DNA of 57,753 nt from Candidatus Methylomirabilota bacterium (GTDB lineage: Bacteria > Methylomirabilota > Methylomirabilia > Rokubacteriales > CSP1-6), in contig JBKOVG010000028.1 in NCBI GenBank assembly GCA_046723845.1, positions 1 to 57,753 on the forward strand. The letters are read 5' to 3'. The notes under the pieces are model-generated. The model did no database searches. It saw nothing but the letters and a program-made list of their open reading frames with translations, and had not been told where the DNA came from. The number at the start of each line of letters is the position of its first letter. Position 1 is the stretch's first letter. Made by a program: the position numbers and the translations under genes. This document shows positions 29,085-39,065 of the stretch, piece by piece.

Positions 29085-30615
29085 TGGTCCTTTCGAAGAT
29101 CACGACCGATACCGTACCGAAGCGTCCGATCGGACGAGACGAAAACCCCATGGGCCCGAGCGTATGCTCGAGCAATTCCCGAAACGGAACAGACCGCCCG
29201 TGAAAGAAGTCGTGTGTGTTGACCACGAGAACGAAGGACCCTCGTTCCCTGGCCAGCATCATCGAGACTTGCCGGAGGTAGCCGGTGCCCTCGTCGCCCA
29301 GGTCGTACGGCAGTGGAATCGCCGGGCCAGGCACGCGATAGAACGCGACCGGCGCGACGAGGTAGCCTGCCTCCTCCGGGTCCAGGGGCCATCGGAGACG
29401 AGCCGATTCGATGAATGTCGCGCCAACGAGCACCGGCACCGGCCTCCCGTTGGTCGCGTCGGCCGCGGCATGCAGTGCCATCCGCCAATCTTCCATCCGC
29501 TCGACACCGACCCCCATCCCGAGCACGGACAGGCCGGCCACAATCGTCACCAGCACCAGCCGGATACGGGAGCTTCGGACGCCCCTGATCGTCCACGCCA
29601 TGATCAGAGCGATGGCGGGTGCCGCGCACAGAAAGTACCTGGACACGAGCACCGTCGGGCTCATCCATCGTGCCGCGGCCACGACCATGATGACCGGCAT
29701 CGCGGCCCAGCACGACAGGAGTACCAGTGGCGCCGGCACACGCAGGTAGTGGGCTGGCAGGCGCCGCTCGAGCAGGGCGCTGCCGGCGACGATCGCCAGC
29801 GGCGCGACAGCGAATCGTATGTCTCCCCAGCCGCGGAATGGTGCGCCGCTCACGGCGGACATCCACATCCGTCGCTGCCACACCGGGGGTAATGCCACGG
29901 CCAGGGGCACCAGCAGCAGTCCGATGGCACCGGCCGTGACCACGGCGCTTGACCAGCCGATGGGCGCAGTGCCGCGCCGCGCGCGGTCGACCGCGTGGAC
30001 GACATGGACGACGAACATGACGGCGAACAGTGGCTGAATGTAGACGGTCAGCACGCTCAGCATCACATACGCGGCCCAGTCCACCGGATGCCGGCGGCCG
30101 AGCCAGCGATCCAGGGCCACGACCGCGGCGATGAGCACCAGGAGCCCGATCGCGTAGCCGCGCGCCGTGATGGCCGCGTCGGCCACGAGCCAGTAGCTCG
30201 CGAAGCACACGGCCGCGAGCGCCCCCATCTCCCGGTCCACGAATCGGAGACCCAGTCGGTAGACCAGCGCCGTAGATGCCGCGGCCGCGAGAATCGACGG
30301 AATCCGAAGCATCCATTCCGTCGCCCCGCCCGCCGCGACCGCCGCCCACGCGACCACGAAATAGGCGGGGGACTGCGCGTTGAAGTGCAGCGACCGTCTG
30401 AACAGCGCCGGCAAGCCGTCCTTCACCACCCAGTAGGTGATCGTCTCGTCGAGCCAGAGGCTCGACCAAAGGGGCAAGATCCAGAGCACCACCACCGACA
30501 CCGTCAACACACCGGCGAGATACACCATCCGCTTCGGGTCCGACGGGAACCCAGATTGGTGCATGCGTTCCGCGCCATCATCGCCACCTACGCTGCTAGC
30601 GGTCAGGCCTGACAT
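29056..30615 (-). CDS. GT39/GT83 (PMT/ArnT-like) membrane glycosyltransferase
   Basis: SLWLDE, SPAYF, LRIPS, ARGYA, RY motifs; polytopic. Confidence 0.82.
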   Translation of the reverse strand: MSGLTASSVGGDDGAERMHQSGFPSDPKRMVYLAGVLTVSVVVLWILPLWSSLWLDETITYWVVKDGLPALFRRSLHFNAQSPAYFVVAWAAVAAGGATEWMLRIPSILAAAASTALVYRLGLRFVDREMGALAAVCFASYWLVADAAITARGYAIGLLVLIAAVVALDRWLGRRHPVDWAAYVMLSVLTVYIQPLFAVMFVVHVVHAVDRARRGTAPIGWSSAVVTAGAIGLLLVPLAVALPPVWQRRMWMSAVSGAPFRGWGDIRFAVAPLAIVAGSALLERRLPAHYLRVPAPLVLLSCWAAMPVIMVVAAARWMSPTVLVSRYFLCAAPAIALIMAWTIRGVRSSRIRLVLVTIVAGLSVLGMGVGVERMEDWRMALHAAADATNGRPVPVLVGATFIESARLRWPLDPEEAGYLVAPVAFYRVPGPAIPLPYDLGDEGTGYLRQVSMMLARERGSFVLVVNTHDFFHGRSVPFRELLEHTLGPMGFSSRPIGRFGTVSVVIFERTSEPSGPGGP

Positions 30616-30980
30616 CTCGATCGAAACTCCAGGGTGGCGCCGACGCCTTCACTCATCCGGTCATCGTCTCCGGGGTGCGCGGGGTAGGTGCGACGACACT
30701 CCGGGGATCCGGTCGCTTCTCCGATCCAGACCGGATCGGCGCACCCCTACGACTGACCCGCCGAGGGCGGAGACGACTGGGCCCGCGCGACGATTCGGTA
30801 GCCCTCCGTGAGACCGCGCAGACGTGCGAGCTCGGGAAGCTCGGCACAAAGGTGTCCCGCTTCGTCAATCGCTTGAGCCAGAACCGCACCTCCGACTCTG
30901 CGTCACGCTGGCGCTCGTCCAGGACGTGAAGGCGAAACATCCCCACGAAGGCCGCCAGGGCGGTCGAGGATTCCGCAACG

Positions 30981-31757
30981 CTAGGACCTGGAGAACGGCC
31001 CGCTCCGCTTTGTTCGTCCTGAATCTATATGGTCGACGCGAATGTGGTCAGCCGACGAGCCAATCAATTCGAGCCGAAGCACTGACGATGAGGCGCTAGG
31101 TCTGCGCCCGAGCACTTGCGATACGACGCCGGTGAGGGCCAGGACGGCGAAAGGTTTATGGAGAAACGGCCACCCGCACTCCTTGATCCCGGCCACCTTA
31201 TAGCCTGACATGAGTACGACCTTCATCTCTGGCTGAGATTCTAAAAGCCGACGGGCCAATTCGCGCCCGCTCATGACCGGCATGACCACATCAACGAGCA
31301 GGAGATCCGGAATGCACGATCGGTCATGCAGCATTCGAATAGCTTCCAACGGATCGGTAGTGCTGAGTACGGTATAGCCGTCGGGAACAAGGATATCTTG
31401 GGCGAGCGGGCCGATCTCGGGTTCGTCATCCACGACGAGGATCGTGCCCTTGGACGACAGCTCGGGCGTTGGGTCTGGCGGAGCCGATACCTCTCCGTTG
31501 GCATCCGCTATCCACCGGTCGATCTCCCGGCAAGCCAGGGTCAGCGCGGCCCGTTCGATCTCGAAGACCAACGCCGCTCCTTCGAACGTGATCCGGCGGC
31601 CCGCAAACAGCCCGTCGATATGGGCGACAAGCACGAATCGGCGGCACCATGCCGCGTCGGGCTCGCCGCTCAGGGGAACGCGCCACACCGGCAAGAGATC
31701 GGTCCCGCCCACACGCTCTGGCTGGCCAGCGCGCCGCACAACTCCAGTCAACCACAC
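30981..31757 (-). CDS. Response regulator receiver protein with N-terminal extension
   Basis: ILVVDDE...DLLLVDVVMPVMSG...MSGY...FLHKPF. Confidence 0.8.
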   Translation of the reverse strand: MWLTGVVRRAGQPERVGGTDLLPVWRVPLSGEPDAAWCRRFVLVAHIDGLFAGRRITFEGAALVFEIERAALTLACREIDRWIADANGEVSAPPDPTPELSSKGTILVVDDEPEIGPLAQDILVPDGYTVLSTTDPLEAIRMLHDRSCIPDLLLVDVVMPVMSGRELARRLLESQPEMKVVLMSGYKVAGIKECGWPFLHKPFAVLALTGVVSQVLGRRPSASSSVLRLELIGSSADHIRVDHIDSGRTKRSGPFSRS

Positions 31758-32273
31758 GCATCACGAAACGGTGAAAAAGAGCGTGCTATGGCCCCTGTCA
31801 GCGACTCGACCGGGATCACCCCGGCCAAGCGTCCTGGGTCCGGGAGGGCGCACGGGAGGCGGTTGCGGCCTACGCCTCCCGTGGCTCTCTGAGAGTTGTC
31901 TCATGGCCCTCTCTCTTATCAGGGCCGAGCCTCGTGAGACGACCCGGCCAGTACGGGTTCAAACAGTTGATTCGATTGCGGTCTTGGTCTCACGGGAAAT
32001 GTCGCGATCCGGCCGCCTCACTTACTCCGCCAATCCAACAGCCGGGAGAGATTGCTCCATCGCGCCTGTGCTAGCTCACCGGTCAAGAGCCTGGATTCAT
32101 TGATCTTGCTCCTTCGCCCCGGTTGGCCGTTTTGCGCTGATGCAGGTGTAAGGTGCTTCGCAGGCCCTTCGCGTGCCGCTCGTGGATGCCGGCATAGGGG
32201 AACGCGGCGGTCAGCGTCGGATAGAACACCACGCCGCTGCCCTGGGCATCTAGGGAGCAGAGCATCTTCCTGA

Positions 32274-34181
32274 TCATGCTGGGGACTCCGGAGTCAGGAG
32301 CCACTCCCACCGGACCCCCTTCTTGACGCTGTCGCAGACGCGCTCGCGGGCCCGTCGGAGGGTGATCTTCGTGAACCCCGCCGCCGCGGCGTCCTTCATG
32401 ACGTCTTCGGAGTGGCGGGGGCCGGCGACCAGGTATTCGCGGAGCCAGGCCTCGCATTGGCGTCGGCTGCCGCGGTCCTCCGGGGATTCTTGGGGCGGGG
32501 TGAAGATGTCCGTGAGGTTGACCGTGACGGGTTGGGCTTCCCACGTGATCCACGGGACGGCGGCGTCGTCAGCGGCCACGATACGGTAGGCGAGGGTCGG
32601 GACGCGACCGTAGAGGTTGCCCTTGAGCTTGACCAGAAAGCGCCGCGGGTTCGCGCTGTCATCGTCGGGATCCTGCGCGACACCGAGGACGACGCGTGGC
32701 ACGGCCGTGAAGGCCACGGAGCCGCCGGCGTAGTAGTGCAGGTTCGTGGTGACCTTGGGCGGATGCATGAGGCCGATGCCGGCGGCGCCCGTGCGGGCCA
32801 GGAGCGTTGCGAAGGGAGTGAGGACGCGGCGGACGTCGGCGTCGTTGTGTGATTTCACGTTCCCGAGATAGCCGATGATGCCGTCGACAACCACGAGGGC
32901 GGGATGCTCCGTCTCGATGGCATGCTCGAGGGCGTCAATGTCCCGCTCCAGCGTCAAGAGCGAGAGCGCCCCATCGGCGTCACGAACCATCTGCACGAAG
33001 CTGATCTTGGTGAGGTCGGCGCCCGCCTGGCTCAGGCGGGGCACGATGGTGCTGGCGAGCGTGTCCTCGTTCGTGAGCATCAGCGAGCGCCGAGACGCCC
33101 CACGGCCGGCGACCGCGGCCGCGGGGGGCAGCGGCGAGCCCACGGACAACCGGGCCATGTAGTCGCATGCGACGAGCGTCTTGCCTTGGTCGGGGAGCCC
33201 GACACCCATCGTGAGCGCGCCGACGGCCAGCCGGCCCGGGTCCACCCAGGTGATCGGTTTGGGCGTCACGCTGCTCGCGGGCACGAGGATGGCCGCCCGC
33301 CCGCCGGGCCGCAGGGGCACGCCAGGCTTTGCCCGCTCGCCGGGCGGCTTCCGCGCATCCTTCGCGGCCAGGTCGCGGACGATCTCCCGCACTTCGCCCT
33401 CGGGGAAGGGGGGAACGCAACGGGCCGCGTACCCCAGGAGGATAGCCTCGACCTCCGTGGTCACAATATGGAGGCCGAGATAATGGCCCGCGATTTCCAG
33501 CGCCACCGCGCGGCGCCGCCCCTCGGGAGCTCCGCGGAGCCGCTCGGCCCACGCATCGGGCGTGGCCCGCGGCCCAGTTCCATTGCTCAAGCTCGACGAC
33601 GTGGCCAGCGCGAGGTCGACCAGCCAGCTCGGCATCGGGGCCAGATCGGTCTCGAAGAGCGGGCGATCGGGGTCGTCGTGATAGACGCCTCCGCTGACAT
33701 GCCCGGAGGGCGGGACCAGGACGTAGCCTCCCTGTGCCCGAATGTCGAGCCCGGCCCCGACGACGCCGCTGCTACACCGGAGGTGGGGCACCGGCTGGAA
33801 GTAGTGGTGAGCACCGCCACCGCCCGTCCACACTTGGGGCGTCACCGGTAGCGCACCGTGGTGGCGCTCGAGCGCCGCGAGGGCACCGTTGCCTCCGTGG
33901 CGCGGGTCCACATCCAGCACGGCGCACCAGGTCGTGGGCGTCGCAATATGGGCGTGTGGATGGCGCCGCCACCACGCTGTGATCCGCGCGATCTCCGTCG
34001 CCGCGTCCTTGAGCCCGTTCGGCGCGACGTCGCCCAGAGGGTGCTTGCCTGAGTCTTTGCAGTTGGGGCCGCGGCCACACGCACAGTGACGATCCGCGAT
34101 CCACCAGCACGGGAAGATAGGCACGTCCCGCTCGGCATAGGCGAGCGCCGCGTCCAGCATCGTCCTCGCAATGGTCTTCAT
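32274..34181 (-). CDS. Bifunctional DNA primase/polymerase fused to AAA_25-type helicase
   Basis: AALAYA, C.C...C...GKHP, VLDVDPRHGG, TGGGGAHHYF, DIRAQGGYVLVPPS (Prim-Pol); P-loop GLPDQGKT, LVVVD, H..K, GS.AF. Confidence 0.9.
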   Translation of the reverse strand: MKTIARTMLDAALAYAERDVPIFPCWWIADRHCACGRGPNCKDSGKHPLGDVAPNGLKDAATEIARITAWWRRHPHAHIATPTTWCAVLDVDPRHGGNGALAALERHHGALPVTPQVWTGGGGAHHYFQPVPHLRCSSGVVGAGLDIRAQGGYVLVPPSGHVSGGVYHDDPDRPLFETDLAPMPSWLVDLALATSSSLSNGTGPRATPDAWAERLRGAPEGRRRAVALEIAGHYLGLHIVTTEVEAILLGYAARCVPPFPEGEVREIVRDLAAKDARKPPGERAKPGVPLRPGGRAAILVPASSVTPKPITWVDPGRLAVGALTMGVGLPDQGKTLVACDYMARLSVGSPLPPAAAVAGRGASRRSLMLTNEDTLASTIVPRLSQAGADLTKISFVQMVRDADGALSLLTLERDIDALEHAIETEHPALVVVDGIIGYLGNVKSHNDADVRRVLTPFATLLARTGAAGIGLMHPPKVTTNLHYYAGGSVAFTAVPRVVLGVAQDPDDDSANPRRFLVKLKGNLYGRVPTLAYRIVAADDAAVPWITWEAQPVTVNLTDIFTPPQESPEDRGSRRQCEAWLREYLVAGPRHSEDVMKDAAAAGFTKITLRRARERVCDSVKKGVRWEWLLTPESPA

Positions 34182-34624
34182 GCGTCGGGCGTGTCAAATC
34201 GCATGCACAGCTCCAACGCCGCCACTTCGACGACCGCCGCGGCGGACAGAATCTCCCAACCCAGGAAGTCTCCCTCGCCTAACCCCGTCGCGAACGCTCG
34301 CGCGATGGTCGCGGTGCGAAACGCTCGCCGGATGGCGACGGCCGCCCTCGAGCGCAAGCCGTCGGCGGTCATCGCCGTCCCTCACTCGCTGGGGACGCTA
34401 TTCGCTGCTGTCGGCCTCTGGGCACGTCCCACGCGACCGGCACCCAATGCGGCGAGCGGGCGCGGGATCTCGTGCACGAATCGCGCGTGCGAGGGCTCTT
34501 GGCTCGTGTGCCGGTCAGCGGAGTAGCGGGGGGCTCGTTGACCCCCGAGGCGGCGGCGATGCTCAAGGCGAGGACGAAGCCGAAGAGCCCGAGACGTTCA
34601 CCCCGAACAAAACGGAGACGCTAA

Positions 34625-35770
34625 GTGGGTAGCCTCTACCGAAAAAGGCGAAAGCAGCGCGACGGCACCACGGTCGAGGAGCAGATTTGGTGGGTGAAGT
34701 ACTACAAGGATGGCCGGCCGGTCCGCGAATCGACGGGCACGACGAAGGAGAAGGAAGCCGCCAACTTTCTCAAGCGACGAGAGGGCGACGTCGCGAAGGG
34801 CCACCCGATTCTCCCGCGGGCCGAGAAGGTGCGGTGGGAGGAAGCGGCGGCCGATCTGCGCCAGCACTACGAGGCGACGGGCGCTCGGGATCTCGTCGAG
34901 TATGATCGCCGGGTCGCGCACCTCACGCGGGTGTTCGCCGGCCGGCGCATCGCCGGGATCGATCAGGTCGGCGTCAACACCTACACCCTGAAGCGGCGCG
35001 AGGATGGCGTCGTGGACTCCACGATCCGCCGGGAGCTGGGGACGCTGATCACGCTGCTCCGGCGCGCCTATCGGAACGGAAAACTGCTCCAGCTTCCGCT
35101 GTTCGATCGGCCGAAGGGCGGGAAGCCGCGGGAAGGCTTCTTTGAGCGGGCGCCGTTCGATGCCGTGCGGCGCAAGCTCACCAACGAGGATCTCCGGGTC
35201 GCGGTCACGGTCGCCTATACGTTCGGCTGGCGGATGCAGAGCGAAGTGCTCACGCTCGAGCGCCGCCAGCTGGACCTTGACGCGGGAACGCTGCGCCTCG
35301 GTGCCGATACGAAGACCGACGACGGTCGGGTGATCTACCTGACGCCAGAGTGCGCGCGGCTCCTGGCCGCCCAGGTCGCGCGCGTCGAGGCCCTCCAGCG
35401 GCGGCTCGGTCGCGTGATCCCGTTCCTGTTCCCGCACCACGGGAAGGGCCCGCGGGCAGGGACGCGGCGGAAGGACTTTCGGAAGGCGTGGACGACGGCG
35501 TGCACGGCGGCCGGCGTGCCGAGGATGATCCGCCACGACTTCCGGCGGACGGCCGTCCGCAATATGGTCAACGCCGGGGTGCCGGAGCGGGTGGCCATGA
35601 CGATCACCGGCCACAAGACGCGCTACATCTTCGACGCCTACCACATCGTCAGCCCCGGCGACCTGCAGGACGCGGCGCGGAAGCTGGCGGGCACCATTCC
35701 GGGCACCATCGCTGTTTCAGTGATTGACGCCGGGCCGCAAGTACGCGAGACTCCACGCACGGGCGGATAG
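34625..35770 (+). CDS. int: Tyrosine recombinase / phage-type integrase
   Basis: N-terminal arm-binding-like WWVKYY..GRPVRESTGT; catalytic GWR..E, TK, HDFRR, GHK, Y; abuts the tRNA. Confidence 0.95.
   Translation: MGSLYRKRRKQRDGTTVEEQIWWVKYYKDGRPVRESTGTTKEKEAANFLKRREGDVAKGHPILPRAEKVRWEEAAADLRQHYEATGARDLVEYDRRVAHLTRVFAGRRIAGIDQVGVNTYTLKRREDGVVDSTIRRELGTLITLLRRAYRNGKLLQLPLFDRPKGGKPREGFFERAPFDAVRRKLTNEDLRVAVTVAYTFGWRMQSEVLTLERRQLDLDAGTLRLGADTKTDDGRVIYLTPECARLLAAQVARVEALQRRLGRVIPFLFPHHGKGPRAGTRRKDFRKAWTTACTAAGVPRMIRHDFRRTAVRNMVNAGVPERVAMTITGHKTRYIFDAYHIVSPGDLQDAARKLAGTIPGTIAVSVIDAGPQVRETPRTGG
35689..35708 (+). repeat. Putative integrase arm-type binding sites (right, inside int)
   Basis: GGGCACCA-ttcc-GGGCACCA, 19/20 identical to 631-650. 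Confidence 0.7.
35724..35752 (+). promoter_or_regulatory. Element-supplied sigma70-like promoter for tRNA-Val, inside int
   Basis: TTGACG-17 bp-GAGACT ending 8 nt before the tRNA, the same geometry as 449-477. Confidence 0.55.
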
Positions 35771-35836
35771 CTCAGGTGGAAGAGCACGGCCCTTACAAGG
35801 CCGGGGTCGCAGGTTCGAGCCCTGCTCCGCCCACCA
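35761..35836 (+). tRNA. tRNA-Val (anticodon TAC)
   Basis: GGGCGGA/TCCGCCC acceptor stem, CGGCC-CTTACAA-GGCCG anticodon arm, GGTTCGAGCC T-arm, encoded CCA; 76 nt. Confidence 0.98.
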
Positions 35837-36012
35837 CCATCTTTCCCCACGTTCGCCTCTTCGAGTCACCCGTCCGCTCGATCCTGTGGACGTCCACTCC
35901 TCAATTTGGCGGTCGAGAAACCAACGAAAACTGAAGCCACAGGCCACGGGGTCTAGTGGAGGGCGCGAACCGCCGTCGCCTTCGGTGAGTCGACCGGTAA
36001 ATTCTTCACGCT

Positions 36013-36107
36013 TGTAAGCCGCTGCTTACAGTTCCAGGCACACGGACGAAATGGTCGCCTACAACTAGCAAGTAAATTTGGCTTTGCCTCGATGGCACTT
36101 ATCTTGC
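36013..36107 (+). promoter_or_regulatory. sigma54 promoter with palindromic upstream activator site
   Basis: TGGCACTTATCTTGC (36093-36107) and the palindrome TGTAAGC-cgct-GCTTACA (36013-36030). Confidence 0.7.
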
Positions 36108-36208
36108 GATCAACCTGCGCTGAGCTTGCATAGCGTCTCATTTGTAAACGGGATCGTCGGAAGCGGTGTGCTCACCTCGAGGGCGGCGCACGCATGAGGA
36201 GGTTCACA

Positions 36209-36811
36209 ATGAGGCTCATCGCCCAGGTCGCTCTGTCGGCGGCGGCTCTGTCTCTGTCGGCCTCGGCTACCTACGCTACGCCACTCGAGTTCGTCGCGGT
36301 TCTCAGTCCTTCAAATGAGATTCCTCCCGCCACCGGCTCGTCAGGCACCGGTCTCGCGAAAATCTTTCTCGATCCAGCCGCCCACACGATCCAGATCAAC
36401 GTGACGTTCAGCGGCTTGACTACGCCGGATATGGCCGCGCACATTCATTGCTGCTTGCCCTCTCCGTTCTTTCCCATGAACGTCGGAGTCGCCACCACGG
36501 TCCCTGCGTTCCCTGGATTCCCTCTCGGAGTGACTTCAGGGACTTACAGCTCTGCGCTGCTCAGTCTGACCGACCCGGGGACCTACAATCCAATGTTCGT
36601 CAGCGCACAGGGTGGGATCGGGAACGCGGAAGCAGCGCTGGTGGCGGGAATCGAGAACAGAGAAACGTATCTGAACATCCACACGGCGATGTTTGGCGGT
36701 GGGGAGATTCGCGGATTCCTTGTGGCACCTGAGCCTGGCACTCTCCTCCTCCTCGGCGCGGGCCTTGTTGCTTTGGCGGGGATCGGATGGAGACGCCACC
36801 GCCGTAAATAG
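36209..36811 (+). CDS. CHRD-domain PEP-CTERM protein
   Basis: Signal peptide, AAHIH, YLNIHT..F.GGEIRG (CHRD); C-terminal APEPGTLLLLGAGL...RRHRRK. Confidence 0.92.
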   Translation: MRLIAQVALSAAALSLSASATYATPLEFVAVLSPSNEIPPATGSSGTGLAKIFLDPAAHTIQINVTFSGLTTPDMAAHIHCCLPSPFFPMNVGVATTVPAFPGFPLGVTSGTYSSALLSLTDPGTYNPMFVSAQGGIGNAEAALVAGIENRETYLNIHTAMFGGGEIRGFLVAPEPGTLLLLGAGLVALAGIGWRRHRRK

Positions 36812-37035
36812 AGTAGGCATCGACAGGGTGACTCCTCGGGGGTGTCGGATTCTCGAGGATTCGTCCGCGCCTTCGGCGAGAAGCCTCCGGCAATACCGGC
36901 ATGTAACCACGAGCTAATTGGGTGACCTGGCTGGCACCCTGGCCGGGCAGGAGAGAGACTCCTACCGTTGCGAGAGAGGTGGAAGCGGGGCTCAGGTCCA
37001 GAGCGTGAAGCGCACTCGAGCGATCGCCGGGCACG

Positions 37036-37470
37036 TCACGTAATGGGCCGCAGGAGCAGCGCGACGGCCCGCGGCACGTCGGCGGGCTGAAGACCTCGGC
37101 CGGGGTGGGTGAGGACGAGGCGCCCGCGCAGCTCGCCCATGTCGACGTGATCGTCGATGATCACGTAGCCGTCCACGGTGTTCTCGGCGAGCCAACTCGC
37201 GATCTCCTCGCCCCGGCCGACGCCGAGCTCGCCCGCCGGTGTCTTGTCTACCACCGAGCCGGTGAACCCCGCCGCCTCCAGCATCGCCTGTAGCTCGGCC
37301 ACGGTCTTGCCGTACCGCCAGGTCGAGGACACCACGACGTCGGCTCCGCCCTGCGTGACGATCTCGTTCAACACCTGAATGCACGTCAGCTCCAAATCGC
37401 CGTAGCGGTCCCACCGGCGGATGGGCGCCAGTACGCCGTCGATGTCGAGGAAGATCACCCGTCGCGCCAC
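37036..37470 (-). CDS. HAD-superfamily protein (Swiss-army-knife HAD type)
   Basis: VIFLDIDGVL, VVSSTWR, RGEEI..WL, YVIIDD; start probably GTG 37470. Confidence 0.85.
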   Translation of the reverse strand: MARRVIFLDIDGVLAPIRRWDRYGDLELTCIQVLNEIVTQGGADVVVSSTWRYGKTVAELQAMLEAAGFTGSVVDKTPAGELGVGRGEEIASWLAENTVDGYVIIDDHVDMGELRGRLVLTHPGRGLQPADVPRAVALLLRPIT

Positions 37471-37576
37471 GTCGTCCGAGCTCACCCGAGAAGCATATCC
37501 CGGCGCCTCCTCGCAGCCTCCATGGCAAAGCAGGTGTTCTTGACAGCGTCGTCGGGGCCAGCGCACGATCCCCGGC

Positions 37577-39028
37577 ATGGGCGCACGCTCCGGCGAGCGG
37601 TTTCTCGAAGGGCTTCGCAAGACCCGGCGGGTCGTCTGGGTCGGCGACGAGCGCGTCGACGATGTCACCACTCATCCCGCCTTGGCCCAGGCCGCACGCA
37701 CCCTGGCCGGGGTCTACGACCGCCAGCACCGCTATCCGGATGAATGTCTGATCGCCGATCCCACCACGGGCGAGCCCGTCAACGTGAGCCACATGATTCC
37801 CCGCTCGATGGCGGATCTCCAGCGGCGAAACCGAGGCCTCTCGCGCATCTCGGAAGCCACCGTGGGCCTGATGGGCCGCACCCCCGACTACATGAACGTC
37901 AAGTTCGCGTGCTTCGCCGCGCGCCACGCCCGATGGGCCGGCGCCGATGGAGGCAACGCCGAGGGGGCGGAGCGCCTCGTGCGCTTCCAGCAGCGGCTGG
38001 CCCGCGAGGACATCTCGCTCACTCACACCATCATCCAGCCCACCGTCGACAAGGCAACCGACTCCCGCGTGGTGGGCAATCGGGTCACCCTCCAGAAGGT
38101 GGGGGAGACGGCGGGAGGCATCGTGGTGCGCGGGGCCCGCATCCTCGCCACCCTCGCGCCCTTCGCCGACGAGATCGCCGTCTATCCTGGGCTGCCCATC
38201 CCCGCCGGAGCCGAGGCCCACGCCCTGGCCTTCGCCATTTCCGTCGACACGCCAGGCCTCATCTTCGTGTGCCGCGACAGCGCCTCCGCTCCCGGCGCTC
38301 ACCGCTTCAATCGGCCGCTGTCCTCCCGCTTCGACGAGCAGGACGCCTTCGTGATCTTCGACGACGTGGAGATCCCGCGTGAGCGCATCTTCATCGACGG
38401 GCGGGTGGACATCTACAACGACATCCGCTTCACGGGGATCGTGGAGAACCTGACCAACCAGACCACGATCCGCGCCCTGAACAAGCTGGAGTTCGCCTAC
38501 GGCCTGGCCGCGCGCATGGCCGAGACCATCAACGACCAGAGTCCCGGCACCCTCGAGATGCTGGGCGAGCTGTTGAGCTATGTCGAGGTGACGCGAAGCG
38601 CGGTCGAGCTGTCAGCTCTCCAGGGCCGCCATGTGGGCGACGGGGTGTGGTTTCCCGACCCGCGGCCCCTGATCCCCATGCGCTCGCTCCTGGCCACGTG
38701 GTTTCCCCGGGTCGCCGAGATCATCACCCTCATCGGAAGCCACAACCTGTTGGCCACTCCGAGCCGGGGCCAGCTTGACGACGCCGAGCTGCGCCCGCTT
38801 CTCGACGAGTTCCTCCACGGAGCGGGCGGGGTCGACGCGGAGTCGCGGGCCGCGCTCTTCCGTCTGGCCTGGGACTTCGTGGGCTCGGGTCTGGCCGGGC
38901 GCAACCTGCTCTATGAGCGCTTCTACCTCACCTCGGCTGCCCGCAACCGCATCACCGCCCATCAGAACGCGGACCGCGGGCGCGCCTATGCCCTGGTCGA
39001 CAGCATTCTCGGTGCGGTAGACGACTGA
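37577..39028 (+). CDS. 4-hydroxyphenylacetate 3-hydroxylase family flavin monooxygenase (HpaB-like)
   Basis: G.RVDDVTTHP, MGRTPDYMN, GIVVRGARILAT, PLSSRFDEQDA.VIFDDV, LYERFY. Confidence 0.92.
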   Translation: MGARSGERFLEGLRKTRRVVWVGDERVDDVTTHPALAQAARTLAGVYDRQHRYPDECLIADPTTGEPVNVSHMIPRSMADLQRRNRGLSRISEATVGLMGRTPDYMNVKFACFAARHARWAGADGGNAEGAERLVRFQQRLAREDISLTHTIIQPTVDKATDSRVVGNRVTLQKVGETAGGIVVRGARILATLAPFADEIAVYPGLPIPAGAEAHALAFAISVDTPGLIFVCRDSASAPGAHRFNRPLSSRFDEQDAFVIFDDVEIPRERIFIDGRVDIYNDIRFTGIVENLTNQTTIRALNKLEFAYGLAARMAETINDQSPGTLEMLGELLSYVEVTRSAVELSALQGRHVGDGVWFPDPRPLIPMRSLLATWFPRVAEIITLIGSHNLLATPSRGQLDDAELRPLLDEFLHGAGGVDAESRAALFRLAWDFVGSGLAGRNLLYERFYLTSAARNRITAHQNADRGRAYALVDSILGAVDD

Positions 39029-39065
39029 GTCTCGCGCCGATCGCGAGTACTCGGCGGCAGATCGA

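Noticed and set aside
34178-34566. Excisionase or repressor between primase and integrase
   Set aside because: Several short ORFs exist, but none shows a recognisable HTH pattern.
32274-35770. Prophage or conjugative ICE
   Set aside because: No capsid, terminase, tail, relaxase or type IV secretion genes lie between the att sites.
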